Source of the DNA: Gordius albopunctatus
Lineage: Eukaryota
NCBI GenBank assembly: GCA_964276515.1
Contig: OZ193909.1
Location: 7,440,001-7,504,000, forward strand
Direction: 5' to 3'
DNA: 64,000 nt
Shown: positions 49,697 through 62,715 of the stretch, in pieces
Position numbering within the stretch: position 1 is the stretch's first letter
Layout: each line of letters opens with the position of its first letter
Translations under genes and position numbers: made by a program
Notes under the pieces: model-generated
What the model saw: the letters and a program-made list of their open reading frames with translations, nothing else
Told to the model about the DNA's origin: nothing
Database searches by the model: none

Positions 49697-50950
49697 ATGG
49701 CGGACGCCGAGGCTAAATTTCGGGTTGAACATGTTGCATACACCTACATTGGCATAATTTTAGCAACTTTGGGAATAATCGGAAATTCTACACTTTTCTT
49801 TTGTGCCCGCAAACTATCCCACAACAAAGCTATGGTTTATTATTACATCAAAAACCTTGCATTTTCCGAATTATGCATCAGCTTCTCACTGTTTATATGG
49901 CCGATTATGTATTACAGCCGACCCCTTGCACAAATTACGCTTAATAAAGCGTATATAACATTCAATGGAAAATGCGTTTGGATACTTCAAGACTCATTTT
50001 TTCATGTTAGCAATTTATTGAGAACCTTTATAGCTTTAGATTGTTTAGTGGCATTGGCATATCCCCACTTTTACCGCAATTATAATAACATTCGGTGTAG
50101 GAAAAAATTGAAAATAACTATTGCTTTGATTTACCTTGTTGGATTTGGAGTTGCCTTGCCATTTTCCTTCGGCTATGATATCGTATCATTTGATGCTAGT
50201 TTTTTTTCGGACTTTTGGGACGTGTGTGATATAGTTGGTGTTGCATACGCCAAGGAAAATAATAGGCATCAAAATTATTTCTTCAAAGACCATATAGTGA
50301 TGAGCAATAGAAGTAATCCTAATTTGAAATATGGCATTCAACAATTTGCCAGTTTTAATACAAATGCTTCATTCCATAATCACATACAGTGCCCTAATCC
50401 AAATAATGTTTTGTGGTTTCATTATTATGAGGTTTCCGTAGTATTCTTTTTGTACCTTATTCCAATCTTTCTAACAGCCACCTTCAATTCCATCGTAATT
50501 TTGATTACGCTTAAAAGGTTACGTAACAAAAGAGGCATAGTGGCAACTATACTACCAGCTTCTGCAATTGCAAATGATAAAATTCCAACTATTGAAACAA
50601 CAAACTCAAAAGCAAATGTGAATTCTTCAAGACTTATAACAATAAAAAATCATAAGGCAAAACCTGATAATAGGTTGACAATTACGAGGATTTGCCTTAG
50701 TGTGCAATTTTTTGTTCTTCTATTTCCTTATGTAGTATATATTTTCGTAACTCGCGATCTGTGGTCGGATAAATTTGAAGTGCAAAGTTTACTTTGGCTG
50801 CAAACAATATCATTAATGATTTTATTTTCAAATTACACCCTTACGGGCTACTTAATTATTTTTTTGGACAAACTAATCGTCGATATACTGAAGAAAAAAT
50901 TGAATCAAATAATTGTAATCATTCGACAACATATGGATTATATGCTATAA
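49697..50950 (+). CDS. Intronless class-A (rhodopsin-like) 7TM GPCR, divergent; peptide-receptor/chemoreceptor-like orphan
   Basis: 417-aa ORF with seven hydrophobic segments: TM1 LGIIGN, TM2 YIKNLAFSE, TM3 FIALDCLVALAYP, TM4 ending ALPF, TM5 LIPIFLTATFN, TM6 FFVLLFP, TM7 LFSNYTL. A splice-acceptor-like TTTTAG lies at ~49670 in the 5' UTR. Confidence 0.85.
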   Translation: MADAEAKFRVEHVAYTYIGIILATLGIIGNSTLFFCARKLSHNKAMVYYYIKNLAFSELCISFSLFIWPIMYYSRPLAQITLNKAYITFNGKCVWILQDSFFHVSNLLRTFIALDCLVALAYPHFYRNYNNIRCRKKLKITIALIYLVGFGVALPFSFGYDIVSFDASFFSDFWDVCDIVGVAYAKENNRHQNYFFKDHIVMSNRSNPNLKYGIQQFASFNTNASFHNHIQCPNPNNVLWFHYYEVSVVFFLYLIPIFLTATFNSIVILITLKRLRNKRGIVATILPASAIANDKIPTIETTNSKANVNSSRLITIKNHKAKPDNRLTITRICLSVQFFVLLFPYVVYIFVTRDLWSDKFEVQSLLWLQTISLMILFSNYTLTGYLIIFLDKLIVDILKKKLNQIIVIIRQHMDYML

Positions 50951-51739
50951 CTATAAAATATGCGTCAATTACACTTTGACGCCCCTACCTTAATACATTT
51001 AATAAAATATCAGTGTTATAAATATTTATATTTTATTTGCGTTTTGTCAAAACACAAAACATTTGATAAATTATTATGCACAAATCATACAGTCATAAAG
51101 TATATAAATTATTGAATTGTTCTTTTGATGGATTGTATATAATTTAATTATCAATTGTACATATAACATAATATTCCTCTTTATCATAGGGAAACTCATA
51201 ATGACTAATTTAAAAATAGATAGTCTTCATCATTTTATAGGATAAAGCTCTCCACTTCTGTTAAACCGTTTCAAAGATAGATATCTATTTCTGTGAATAA
51301 GATTCATATAGCAAACATTCAGACAGACTGGCTATGATGGCTTAGATAATAGAACATTTATTACTTTAAAATAAGGTAATTCAACACCTTTGTCCCTCGC
51401 CCTTGTCTTTGGATGCGAAGTCTCCAATCGCCTTATTTACTTAGGTTTCGCGTGAAATTGCGACAACACATATAACTCGTGGTTTTCTATATCTTTCCCT
51501 CAATTTCATTACTATTTCTCTAGAGCATTGTAACATTAACAGAATCTTTTTAAATTTTTTCTTTCAATTTAACTCTATGTCGGACACCACACATAAACAC
51601 ACAAAAAAATCTAGAACGTTTTATAAGTTGTTTGAAAAGTTGTCGAACAAGGTGCTATACTATTTTTAACTTTATATCTAAGCCAGCGTTTGACCATAAT
51701 GTATAGTTGTTATTCTTTACAGGATTGAAGTGATTAAAT

Positions 51740-53212
51740 AAACTCGGGCCTTCGGCCCTCGTGGGAAGGGGGAGTAGGGAAGGGGAGGAGGGAAAGGGGG
51801 GACGACTCCTCTATACTCCGTATAAACGTAGCATATTTGCTATGCAATTTATGGGCGAGAAAGGTGGGAAGGGACGAGAGTGCCTATAGGGGGTATTAAA
51901 TGCAAAATTATTTAGTAAATTATTAATTTATACAAATATTTAAAAAGTTAAATGGTATTAACAAGAACTATATATTAATTTAATTTAAAAAATAAAAACA
52001 TTTGCCCTCGCCGGGATTCGAACCCACATCAGTAGTGGCATGGGCTTTTGTAGGGGCACAGGGACGTGGGGGATTCGAACCTACTAGCTAATGAAGCTAG
52101 TCACACATTCAATCAACTAAGGCATTAGACTTGAAAATATGTTTTAGACCGTACACCTAAAAATGACACAGGTATTGTAAGGATATCTCAAAAAATTTAC
52201 AGGTGCTAAATTAAAACTTTTTAAACCAAATTTTGGCCAAAGGTCATTTTTTGTATTGGTCCGCAGACAGCGGACAGTCTATAAATTCATAAGAGTCAAA
52301 AAAACGAAAAAAAATTTTCGATTCGCAGTTTGGCCAATGATCATTTTTTTCATTGGTCAGCAGCCAGGATAGGGTAAAAGTGGATATAAATTCATAAGAG
52401 TCAAAAAAACGAAAAAAATAATTTCGATTCACATTTTGGCCAATGGTCATTTTTTCTATCGGTCAGCAGCCAGAGGACGGCCAAAAAGTTATAATAGCAA
52501 TGGTAGTAACAGGAACAATCATAATAGTAAAAAAAACGGAAAAAAATTGCGATTCACATCTTGGCCAATGGTAATTTTTTTCATCGGTCAGCATCCACCG
52601 GACGGCCAAAAGGTCTTATTATCAATGGTAGTAACAAGAAAAATCATAAGAGTCAAATAAAACGAAAAAAATAATTGCGATTCACATTTTGGCCAATGGT
52701 CATTTTTTCATTGGTCAGCACCCAACGGCCAAAAAGTCTTATTATCAACGGTAGTAACAAGAACAATATATTAATTTATACAAAAAATATATAAAAAAAA
52801 TTGGCCTCTTCGGGATTCGAACCCACATCAGGAGAGGCATAGGCTTTTCTAGGGGGGGGGCACAGGGACCCATATCAGTAGATGCATAGGCTCTGCTAGC
52901 GGAGGGCATAGGGTAATTGTCAATGTTAGCCAAAAAAAACGAAAAAAATAATTTTGATTCACATTTTGGCCAATGGTCATTTTTTGCATCGGTCAGCAGC
53001 CAGCAGACGGCCAAAAAGTCATAATAGCAATGGTAGTAACAAGAACAATCATAAGAGTAAAAAAAACCCTGGATTCGAACCCAAAAACTAGTTAAATTAA
53101 TAATAGCAATTAATAATAAAAGTAAACAGCGTGACAAGACATTCGGTGCAAGACACCGAGGAGCGTGACAAACAAAATGCAAAAGTGAGCCCATAAATTG
53201 CATAGCAATTAA
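51740..53212 (-). mobile_element. DINE-1-like Helentron element (complete, reverse orientation)
   Basis: Begins with the reverse of the 3' hairpin (AAACTCGGGCCTTCGGCCC). SubTIRs at ~51837-51857 and ~53189-53210; several ~120-bp tandem units and GGGATTCGAACCC motifs. Confidence 0.8.
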
Positions 53213-53383
53213 AATTCATAAATTATTAATATTTAAAAACTTAAACAATTGAGTTGATATATGCCATGATTTATTGTGTGCGAGAAAAATAATTATTATA
53301 AATATTTTATATCTTGCTAATTCTCAATCACCAAATTTTAAATATATATATCCTTTTATTTATTCCACAATAACGATAATATT

Positions 53384-54570
53384 TTAATTGCTATGCAATT
53401 TATGGGCTCACTTTCCATTTTCAGATGTCACGCCTAACGTGTCACGCATCTTCATGTCTTGCACCGAATGTCTTGTCACGCTTTTCGTCGTGTTACCACT
53501 GAGACCGCTTGGAAGTGGGTTCGAATCCCGGGGAGGCCAAATTTTTTTTTATTTTTTTTTAAATTAAATTAATATATTGTTCTTGTTAATACCATTAATA
53601 ATATGCCTTTTTGGCCGTCCACTGGCTACTGACCAATGAAAAAAATGACCATTGGCCAAATTGTGATTCGAAAATTTTTTTTCGTTCTTGAATTGGTATA
53701 TTAGGTTAACATTGATAATGACCCTATGCCCCCCCCTATAAGGGCTTATTTCTCTACTGATATAGGTCCCTGTGCCCCCCCTACAAATGTCTATGCCTCT
53801 AGTGATGTGGGTTTCTTATATTACTAATAAATCCTCAGGAATAAAGAACTTATTGTATTAATAAATTTAAAAAACGCATATTTTCAACACATAGCGAAAA
53901 TACTTTATTTAATTTATATGCAATTTATGGGCTCGCTTTTTGTTGTCCGTCCGTCCGTTGTCTGTCCTTTCAACTTTCTGACTTGCTGGTTCGATACCCA
54001 AAGAGGACAAATTTTTTTTTTTAAATTAAATTAATATATTGTTCTTGTTAATAACATTGATAATATGACTTTTCGGCCCTCCGCTAGCTACTGACCAATA
54101 AAAAAATTGAACATTGGCCAAATTGTGATTCGAAATTTTTTTTTCGTTTTTGAATTGGTAGAGGTTAACAATGATAATGACCCTATGATTGATAATGACC
54201 CTATGCCCTCCCCTACAAGGGCCTATGCCTCTACTGATATGGGTCCCTGTGCCACTCTCCTACAAAAGCCTATGCCTCTGCTGATGTAGGTTCGAATCCC
54301 GGCGAGGACAAATTCTTAATTGATGTTTCGATACCCGGAGAGGACAAGATCTTTATTTTTTTTAAAATTAAATTGATATATTTTTCTTGTTAATATTATT
54401 GATAATATGACTTTTTGGCCGTCCGCTGGCTACTGACTAATGAAAGAAAAGACCATTGGCCAAATTGTGAATCGAGGTTTTTTCGTTTTTTCCGTTTGTT
54501 CTTGTTAATACCATTGATAATATGACTTTTTGACTGTCTCCTGACTGCTGACCAATGAAAAAATGACCAA
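53384..54570 (+). mobile_element. Two adjacent 3'-truncated DINE-like elements (starts at ~53384 and ~53915)
   Basis: 5' (ATTGC)TATGCAATTTATGGGCTC at ~53387 and ~53917; GTCCGTCC microsatellite at ~53945; same tandem units and GGTTCGAATCCCGG motifs. Confidence 0.75.
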
Positions 54571-56344
54571 AAGCTTCAAAGTAGACCTTAACATATTTAA
54601 GGCAAACAATTAAGTCTATTAATACCATCATTAATCATAGCCCATAGTGTTTATTGCATGTTTACTATAGTGTTATAAACCACGAAGTGCGAGTGACTTT
54701 TAATGATAATATTATTATTTACAGAATTGATAACTAGATGCACATATCAAAACGTGTAGAAACAACAATAAAAGCAGCATTATTATAGGATTAAGAACAT
54801 AAGGTTTTAAATTTTAAATTGCACGTATTTCAATTTATGACAAAAATCATTATAATCAAATTTATATTCCAAATAATTATATTCCAAATCTAACTAACTT
54901 AGCCATTAAATAGTTATTTATCGAATATAGTTGAAACTAGTGATGCAGATAAACCCAGAAAAATCTCGGTCTCGTCTCATCTCAAAAAACAGAGACTAGA
55001 CGAGACGAGATTTTGAAAAATTGAGTCGAGATCGAGACGAGAATTTCGACCTCGAGACGAGACGAGATTTTATCAGCGAGATCTCGACTTTAATTTTTAT
55101 CTATTCAGTCTTCATTTAGCTAATTAAGAATTTTTATTTAAGGAGATTTAAATTTAGGGTAGTTAATGCAAATTAATATGATTTTAAAACTTTTGACAGT
55201 AATTACTTACGCACCTAATTATCCGCTTCGCGCAAATTTCAAATTTGTAGGGTATTTGTTACTTATTTGTATAGCTTATATAATATAAAATTATTTAGAC
55301 CTATAATGTGTTTATGCGCAACAAGTTCATCATCCAACACAAAAAAGAGCAAGCTGCTCAAGATTTCCTAGTATTCAAGAATGAATCAAATAAAATGAAA
55401 AAGTGCAAATTGTGCTTTAAAGAAAATTTTATATTTTAAGTTATATATGTGCAATTAAGGTAAGATCTCAAAATTGTTATGTTCTTCCTACAAAAATGCC
55501 TATTTTATTGTATTTACAATGTTCAGATAATTACTTGTGATTAATAATGATATCTTCAAAAGTTTACTCTCGCATTTTTGTCATTATTTTAACGTTATTA
55601 TATAAGATCTAAATAAATTCATTATGTTAAAATATGATGATATTATTAAACTTTATAATTTGCTTTCGAGGCCGAGACGAGACGAGATCGCAACACTAGT
55701 TGAAACATAAAAACTCTAGAAAACTCATGCTTTAGATTTAATCTATTACGGTTTCATTAAATAGTCTATTGTACTTTTGAAATCGTTAGGCGGGTGCTTA
55801 AAAATCTCGAGCCACCTTAGCTTAACTAGTTTAATTATTTAAACTGATTGACTCCCAATTTATAATTACCGCATTATGCAAGATGAGTAACTGCGAAATA
55901 TAAATATGCTTTATTAATATTTACTATTCAATCATTCTAAGCCTATAATTTTGTAATATTTAATAATGCTATGGATTCAAAAATATAGGATAAAAATATT
56001 ATAAAATTATTCAAGTACCCTAAGAATCAACCATACTTAGGTAAATGATTGACAAATTTTAAATTTTTTGTAAAAAATAGAATATTTACAGGAATTTTTT
56101 TAATGTCAAATATATTCCATACATATTGATTTACACTTAATACCTTAAATGTAAATCATGCAAATTAAAATACACAATAATTTACTAAAATCTAACGATC
56201 AAACAGAGTCGAGATCTCGCCGGAAAAATCTCTTATCGCCTCGTCTCGACATCAAAACTCTCGTCTCGATTTTGACTCCATTTTTCAAATTTTCGCATCG
56301 TCTAAGTCGAGACCGAGTTTTTTCTCGGTTTATCCGCATCACTA
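54571..56344. mobile_element. Partial copy of hAT family A, hosting a nested related element
   Basis: Aligns with ~29932-31904 lacking the DINE insert; ends CGGTTTATCCGCATCACTA. Confidence 0.8.
54938..55698. mobile_element. hAT MITE of the TCTCG family nested in a family-A copy
   Basis: Termini TAGTGATGCAG ... CGCAACACTA, GAGAC repeats, perfect 8-bp TSD GTTGAAAC (54930-54937 and 55699-55706). Confidence 0.9.
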
Positions 56345-56630
56345 GTTTTATGATCTAAATCAAATAAAAGTTTTATTTTTCTAAATCAAATAAAGTCTTA
56401 ATCATTAAGCTATTTATCATTATTTCGCCATTTGAAGCAAGACAAATTTGAAGCAGTATATTTTTGACAAAGGAATCGACCATAATACCAGACATTATAT
56501 TCACTCCACCATTCTGACCAGACTTTACGTTAATAAAGTAAAATTTATACAAAGACAAATATTTTTCAGTCTAGCTCATAGTTTTTCCGATATAAGAATA
56601 AACTTTGAAATGTAACCCTTTTATATTATA

Positions 56631-59600
56631 CTAGCTGTGCCCGGCCATTTGGCTCATTCCTTAAGTGGTTAAATAAGTATAACCTATTAATAAGACTTAT
56701 CTAAAATGGGGTCATATGTTCTTCTTTATCAGTTATTTGGTCCCACATTGGTGGGGTTTGTTTTGATGAGTCTCTTTCATCTTGACCGGGTTATGTCATG
56801 TCTTGGCAAATCTCTTTAGTTTCCATAACTTTATCGACTTGCCCTTTACACGTGATACGGGGTCGTCCTCTTCCTCTCTTCCCAGGTATTTCCATGTCTA
56901 GCACTTTTCGATTTACGTCATCCGTGTCCCTTCTTAGTATATGCCCATACCACCTTAGCCGATTTTCGTTAATCATGTCCGCTATAGGTTGAATACCCAT
57001 TTTTGTCATGAGAAAGTCATTCGTCATATGGTCGAGCTTTGTATATCCCAAGCTCCACCGTATCATTCTCATCTCCGTGGCTTGTAATAGCTTTCCTTCC
57101 GTGGTGTTTAATGCCCATGTTTCACTTCCATAGAGTAACACCGGTCTTACGATGGATTTGTAAGCTTTGCTCTTCAACCATATTGGCATTTTCTTGTCAC
57201 ACATAACACCGGATATACTTCGCCATTTAAGCCATCCTTTTTGGATCCGGGCATTGACTTCTGTTGTACAACCTCCCTCTTGATGTAGTATCGAGCCGAG
57301 GTATGTAAACCTGTCTACTTTTGGGTACTTTAGATGGTCATCCAGCGATGGGGTGCCTGTACCGTTCATTTCCATGTATACCGTTTTCAATCGTTGACCT
57401 ATAAACCATATCCAGCTAAGCGTTTTGACCACTTTTCTGCTTTTTCGAATACCTTCTCTCTTGTTTCCTCGCATAGTACTATATCATCGGCATATAGCAT
57501 ACACCATGGCGATGGCTTTTGAAAGTCCCTCGTTATCGTGTCTATAATTATATTAAATAAAAAGGGACTTAAAGCAGAGCCTTGATGTAATCCAATATTA
57601 ACCCGAAAAGGTTTAGAGTCTCCAACTGTCGTCCTAACGCAAGAGTTTGAGGCTTCATAAATATTTTTAATAAGCCGTATATATGCGTCTGGGATATTTT
57701 GTTTCCTCAGGCACCACCATATTAAATCGCGGGGGACCGTGTCATAAGCTTTCTCCAAGTCGATAAAAACCATATGTAGGTCTTTCCTCTTTTCACCATA
57801 CTTATCCATCATTTGTCTTAGGGCGAAGATTGGGTCGATTGTGGATTTGCCGGCCACGAATCCGAATTGATTAGCCGATATTTCCACCTTGTTTTTGAGC
57901 CTTGTTACTAAGATCCTTTCCATAAGCTTCAAGGAGTGGTAAGTTAGCTTGATACTTCTGTAATTGCCGCAGTCCTGAGGGTCTCCTTTGCCTTTGAATA
58001 AAGGTATAATCTTGCTTGCTCTCCATTGATTAGGGATTCGCTCTTCTACCAATATCTTGTTAAGGAGGTTCGTCATGGTGGTGACTCCTTTTTCACGACA
58101 TCCGAGCAATGCTTCCATAGATATTCCATCTGGGTAATTTGCTTTTCCTTTTTGCATCTTCTTCATTTGTGTCCTAACTTCATCCTTCTGAAAGAGTTCG
58201 ACCATACTTATATTTGGCTCAATTTCGGGAAGAGAATCCTTGTCATTTGCAATATTCATAAGTTTCTTAAAATATCCTTTCCACCTTCCCATCACTTCCT
58301 TCGGCTTGAATAAGGTTTGACCCTTCTCGCTTTTGACTATTTTAAGAACTCCGACATCTCGACTTTTCTTCTCCCTTATCTTGGCCAATTTGTATATAAG
58401 CCTATCGCCCCATTTATGATTTAGTTTGTTTGCCATGTCGGTGTACGTAGCATTCTTCGCTTCTGCAACGGCCTTTTTTGCGGCCCTCTTTGCGTACCTG
58501 TACTCATGATAATCCTCCGACTTTTTTGATTTATGCCACCGTCTATATAGATTTTTCTTTATTTCGATGAAATCTTTAACCGATTGATCCCACCAGCATA
58601 GTTCCCTATTCATAGCTTTGCCTCCTTTGGTCTGTCCTAGAACACGAATCGCTGTTTCCTTAATGTCCTTAGATAGCGTCTCTCAATGGTCCTCTACGTC
58701 CCTTTGCAACTTCCTTGCATCCAAGAGTGAGGAGGCTTTTTGATGGTATTCTTCGTTCGTTGACGTATCCTTTAGCCTTTCGTATCAAATTCGAGGTTCA
58801 TATACCTTTCTTCTTTCGGGAAATACTTTTCTGTCAAGATCCATAACAAGGGGACGATGTTGCCTGGCGATTTCTTCTCCCGGTATTACTTTGTAATCCT
58901 TGATACTCCATAAGTCCTTTCGCCGTATAAGCAAATAGTCGATTTGACTAAAATGCTTCCCATTTCTATAGGTCACAATATGATCTTCGCGCTTTTGAAA
59001 ATAGGTGTTAACAATCGCCATGTCATATGCTTGGGATACTTGGAGATTTCCTTTTCCAATGAATCGAAGAATATGTCTTTCTCTGATTCCGAACACCCAA
59101 TTTGGGGAACATACGCGCACATAACGGTTAGGACGGCCCCTTGATCCGCAATCTTCACCCACATTAGCCTGTCGGAACAACGCTTGACTTCCACCACCTT
59201 GTCCTTGAACAATTCGCTTAGAACGATACCGACCCCGTTTCTACGATTTGGTGACCCACTGTTGAAAATTTTATATCCTTCTTCTAATTCCCGAGCTTTC
59301 GTTCTGTTCCACCTCGTCTCTTGTAGGCAGGCGAGGTGTACTTTTCTTTTTTTAACATCTGTGCGACTTTGATGCTCTTCCCCGTCAACGTTCCCACATT
59401 CCAGCACGTAATTCGCATTCTTTCCACAACTAGTTTCCTTAAGCGCCTTCGTTGTGAGTTAGGCAGTAACCCTAGTGTATTTTTCACATTGCACGGGCGG
59501 GGTATGCAGTGCGCGTCGTTTGTGGAGGACGCCCTAGCCTTTTCTTGTAAAATCTTGTTTGAAATTATCATAAATTTTGGAATTGATTTTTATAGCCGGT

Positions 59601-60070
59601 TTCCAACCTGACGCCAACCCTCCACTTTTGCACACGGACTTGGGACCGTCGAAATAATAATTCAAATAAATAAAATATCCATAATATTTATTTTGAGCAC
59701 GAATTTTATCACGTCATGTATTTAATGAACCCACTATTTTTACTATATATATAATAAGACAAACCAAGTGTGAATTCTGTTTTAGTCATCAAATTCGACT
59801 AAAATTAAATTTTTTTGAAAAAATTGCTGATTAATGCTGTTACCTATTATACAATAATACCATTATTTTATTTTTCTAGTTAGCTGATATATTTGAAATA
59901 CAATTTTCTCTAATATAATAAAATAATTAATTGAAGGATGGATAATTATTAAAAATATGCTTCTATGATCGACCACGTGATAATAATTTAAATAATATTT
60001 ATTTTATTTAAATAGTTTGTTAAACCCCTATAATTTTGACCATAGTCTGTAACATTTTTATTATACTTTT
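56631..60070 (-). mobile_element. Helitron copy (3' portion) split by an RTE LINE
   Basis: CTAGCTGTGCCCGGCC..GGGGTCATATG stops at 56718 and resumes as GAAATAATAATTCAAAT at 59651. These are contiguous in the copy at ~19203-19230. Confidence 0.85.
56719..59650 (-). mobile_element. RTE-clade LINE, near full length, inactivated
   Basis: 5' GGTCCCAAG...GAGGGTTGG leader; APE endonuclease (RITCWNVGTLTGK, ACLQETRW, SQIDYLL); RT (NQFGF, FIDLEKAYD, GLHQGSALSPFLF, MLYADD, FTYLGS); C-terminal RLRWYGHILRR..GKRGRGRP; short (GAA)-type tail. Several frameshifts and stops. Confidence 0.95.
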
Positions 60071-60105
60071 AAAACTCGGGCCTTCGGGCCTCGTGGGAAG
60101 GGGTA

Positions 60106-62019
60106 GAACCGAAACTAGACGAGACGAGAATTTGAAAAACGGACACGAGATCGAGACGAGAATTTTGATGTCGAGACGAGATTTTTTTGGCGAGATCTCG
60201 CGTTTTTATTGATCATTCGATTTTAGTAAATTATTGTGTATTTTAATATGCCTGATTTACATTTAAGGTATTAAATATAAATCAATACGATAGGAATATA
60301 TTTGATACTAAAATAACACCAAAGTGTAGTAAATATGACCCTATGTTCTGGATCCTATAATAATGCTTCTTTTATTGTTGTTTTTACAACGTTTTAATAT
60401 GTGCAACAAGTTATCAATTTTGTAAATAATAATATTACCATTAAAAGTCACTCGTACTTTATGGCTAATAACGCTATAGTAATCATGTAATAATCTTTAT
60501 GGGTTATAATTCATGATGGTAATATCAATGGACTAAAATATTTGCCTCAAATATGTTAAGGTCAACTTTAAGGTTTTAGCAAGGGTTAATGTTGGGTCTC
60601 AATTTGCCTAAATATGTAACTAAGTCAAATATAGGTGAACTTATAGATTTCGTCTTTTTAAATAAAACAGACATGCTACAATTTGCTAGAACTATCAAAT
60701 TTAATAAGGTCTGATCAGTTAGTATATCTATATATATAAAGTAAAGTCTATGTATGTATGTGTGTATGTATGTAAGGGCTAAATTTTGAAACTACCGGCC
60801 CAATTAGCGCGAAAATTAAACCGTAGGTTCCCAGGGCGGCCAGGGGTAAAATAGCTTTTTCATAATCCTAAAATTCCTTTTAGTTTTAAAAATATGGGTC
60901 TTTTAGTTTTAAAAAATGGCTTAATTCTAAAACTACCGGCCCGATTCGCGCGAAAATTTAGCCGTAGATGCCCAGGGCGGCCAGGGGTAAAATAGCTTTT
61001 TCAGAATCCTAAAATACCTTTTCATTTTAAAAATATCGGACATTTCCCGGCCAGTTTAATTTATAGCAGCATATACAATAATGACGTCATATATACAAGG
61101 CTGAAGTTTTCTCGAATTAGATATTTAAAAGTATAATAAAAATGTTACAGTATACGGTCAAAATTATTGGGGTTTAATCAACTATTTAAATTAAATAAAT
61201 AAAATTTAAATTAATAGCTTTCGCAGAATCCTAAAATTCCTTTTAGTTTTAAAAAAGGGATTAATTCTGAAACATATACAATAATGACGTCATACATACA
61301 AGCCTGAAATCCATCCTTCAATTAATTATTTTATTATATTAAAGAAAATTGTATTTAAAATAAATCAGCTAACTAGAAAAATAAAATAATATTATTATTG
61401 TATAATAAGTAACAGCAGTAATCAGTAATTTTTTCAAAAACATTTAATTTTAGTCGAATTTGATGACTAAAACTAAATTCGCATTTGGTTAGTCTTATTA
61501 TATATATACTAAAAATAGTGGGTTCATAAAATCCATGACGTGATAAAATTCGTGCTCTAAATAAATATTATGGATATTTTATTTATTAGAATTATTATTT
61601 CATATATGACCCCAATTTAGATAAGTCTTATTAATAGGTTATACTTATTTAACCAATGCTAGGTCGGGCACAGCTAGTTTATTATATAAAAGTTTCAGCT
61701 CCAAAACACTCACAAGTGTACTGGTTTAAACTCAAATTTAAAAAGTGTCAATAAACAACACCATATTCTAAATTTAATGCATAGTTATGCTATTTTATAT
61801 ATTAAAAAAAAGCGATCCTTACGTACTTTCAATTTTATTTATAGTTTTTTAATTTTCACTCCATAGAAAATGTTATCTATTGTCAGTGAGATGTCGTGTC
61901 GCGCCATATCATTAAAAAGTTTGTGTATTAAAGCTTTTTAAAAAATATATGGGTATACGACTTGGTTTTTTGTAACACTTAGTTAATAATAATTTTAATA
62001 AAACAGGAGAAATTTTTAC
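60106..62019 (-). mobile_element. Family-A hAT element remnants, interrupted by a Helitron and truncated by a Gypsy LTR
   Basis: 60106-~60700 and ~61700-62019 are reverse complements of parts of 29422-31904 (e.g. GAGACGAGAATTTTGATGTCGAGACG; AAACAGGAGAAATTTTTA). Confidence 0.7.
60727..61677 (+). mobile_element. Non-autonomous Helitron (both termini present)
   Basis: A|TCTATATATATAAAGTAAAGTCTATGTATG... to ...CGGGCACAGCTAG|T. Confidence 0.88.
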
Positions 62020-62715
62020 TTTTACATCCTTCACCCAAAGGGGAATATGTATTTGTTCTTTGCTGGGGATTATTTATTTGTAAGATTATTCACCCAATCT
62101 ATGATACTCCAATACTAGTTTATTCACTCCAAAAATTATAATACAACTCCGGACACGGGATATAATTGAAGTATCCGGCAATAAGTGTTAACACCACAAT
62201 AATAGCGCGGGAATATAATTTCTAGCGATTACAAGGGGGGGGGATTGGGTTTACAATGGAGAAATTTTCATTCTACGGGAGAAAATCCTATTTCTATGTT
62301 TCTCTGCCTAGTATCGATTTTGCTGGGACTTATATAGGTTTCTTTTCTTGGCCTGTGCCTTTATCCTTGAAACTTCTTTTTTTTTGACCCATTTTACCGC
62401 GCCAATTTCGTGATGAATGGCCCTTCACTTCCAAGGCTTTTCCACGTCCTTTGGAATCCTCAGCTGACAGTTCTAGGTTTCCCCTACCTTTCTTATGCCA
62501 ATTCAATATTTATTACCAGGTGATGTGATACCCTTGCTTCCTTCTGCTACTTCTTTCAGGCCAAGTCTTAATTTACAGCTGTATCCTTGTACTATTTAAC
62601 TACCAACCCAAATTTCGGTAACCTTCCCTTTCCCTTCGTTTATTTTTCATCTTATCACGTGCTCCTGCCTTATAAGGGCTGGTTCCCTTTTTAATATTTT
62701 CTCATGGATATGACA
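62020..62715 (-). mobile_element. 3' LTR of a Gypsy element
   Basis: On the minus strand, PPT AAGAAAAGGGAGG directly precedes TGTCATATCC at 62715. TATA-like TATATAAG at ~62329-62336 and AATAAA signals downstream. A degenerate inverted end at 62020-62029 coincides with the break in the host repeat. Confidence 0.7.

Noticed and set aside
31028..54631. ORFs 31028-31297, 52244-52450, 52436-52660, 52745-53203, 54107-54289 and 54437-54631 with shared peptide motifs
   Set aside because: Chance frames within the DINE-like tandem repeats; frame and strand differ between copies.
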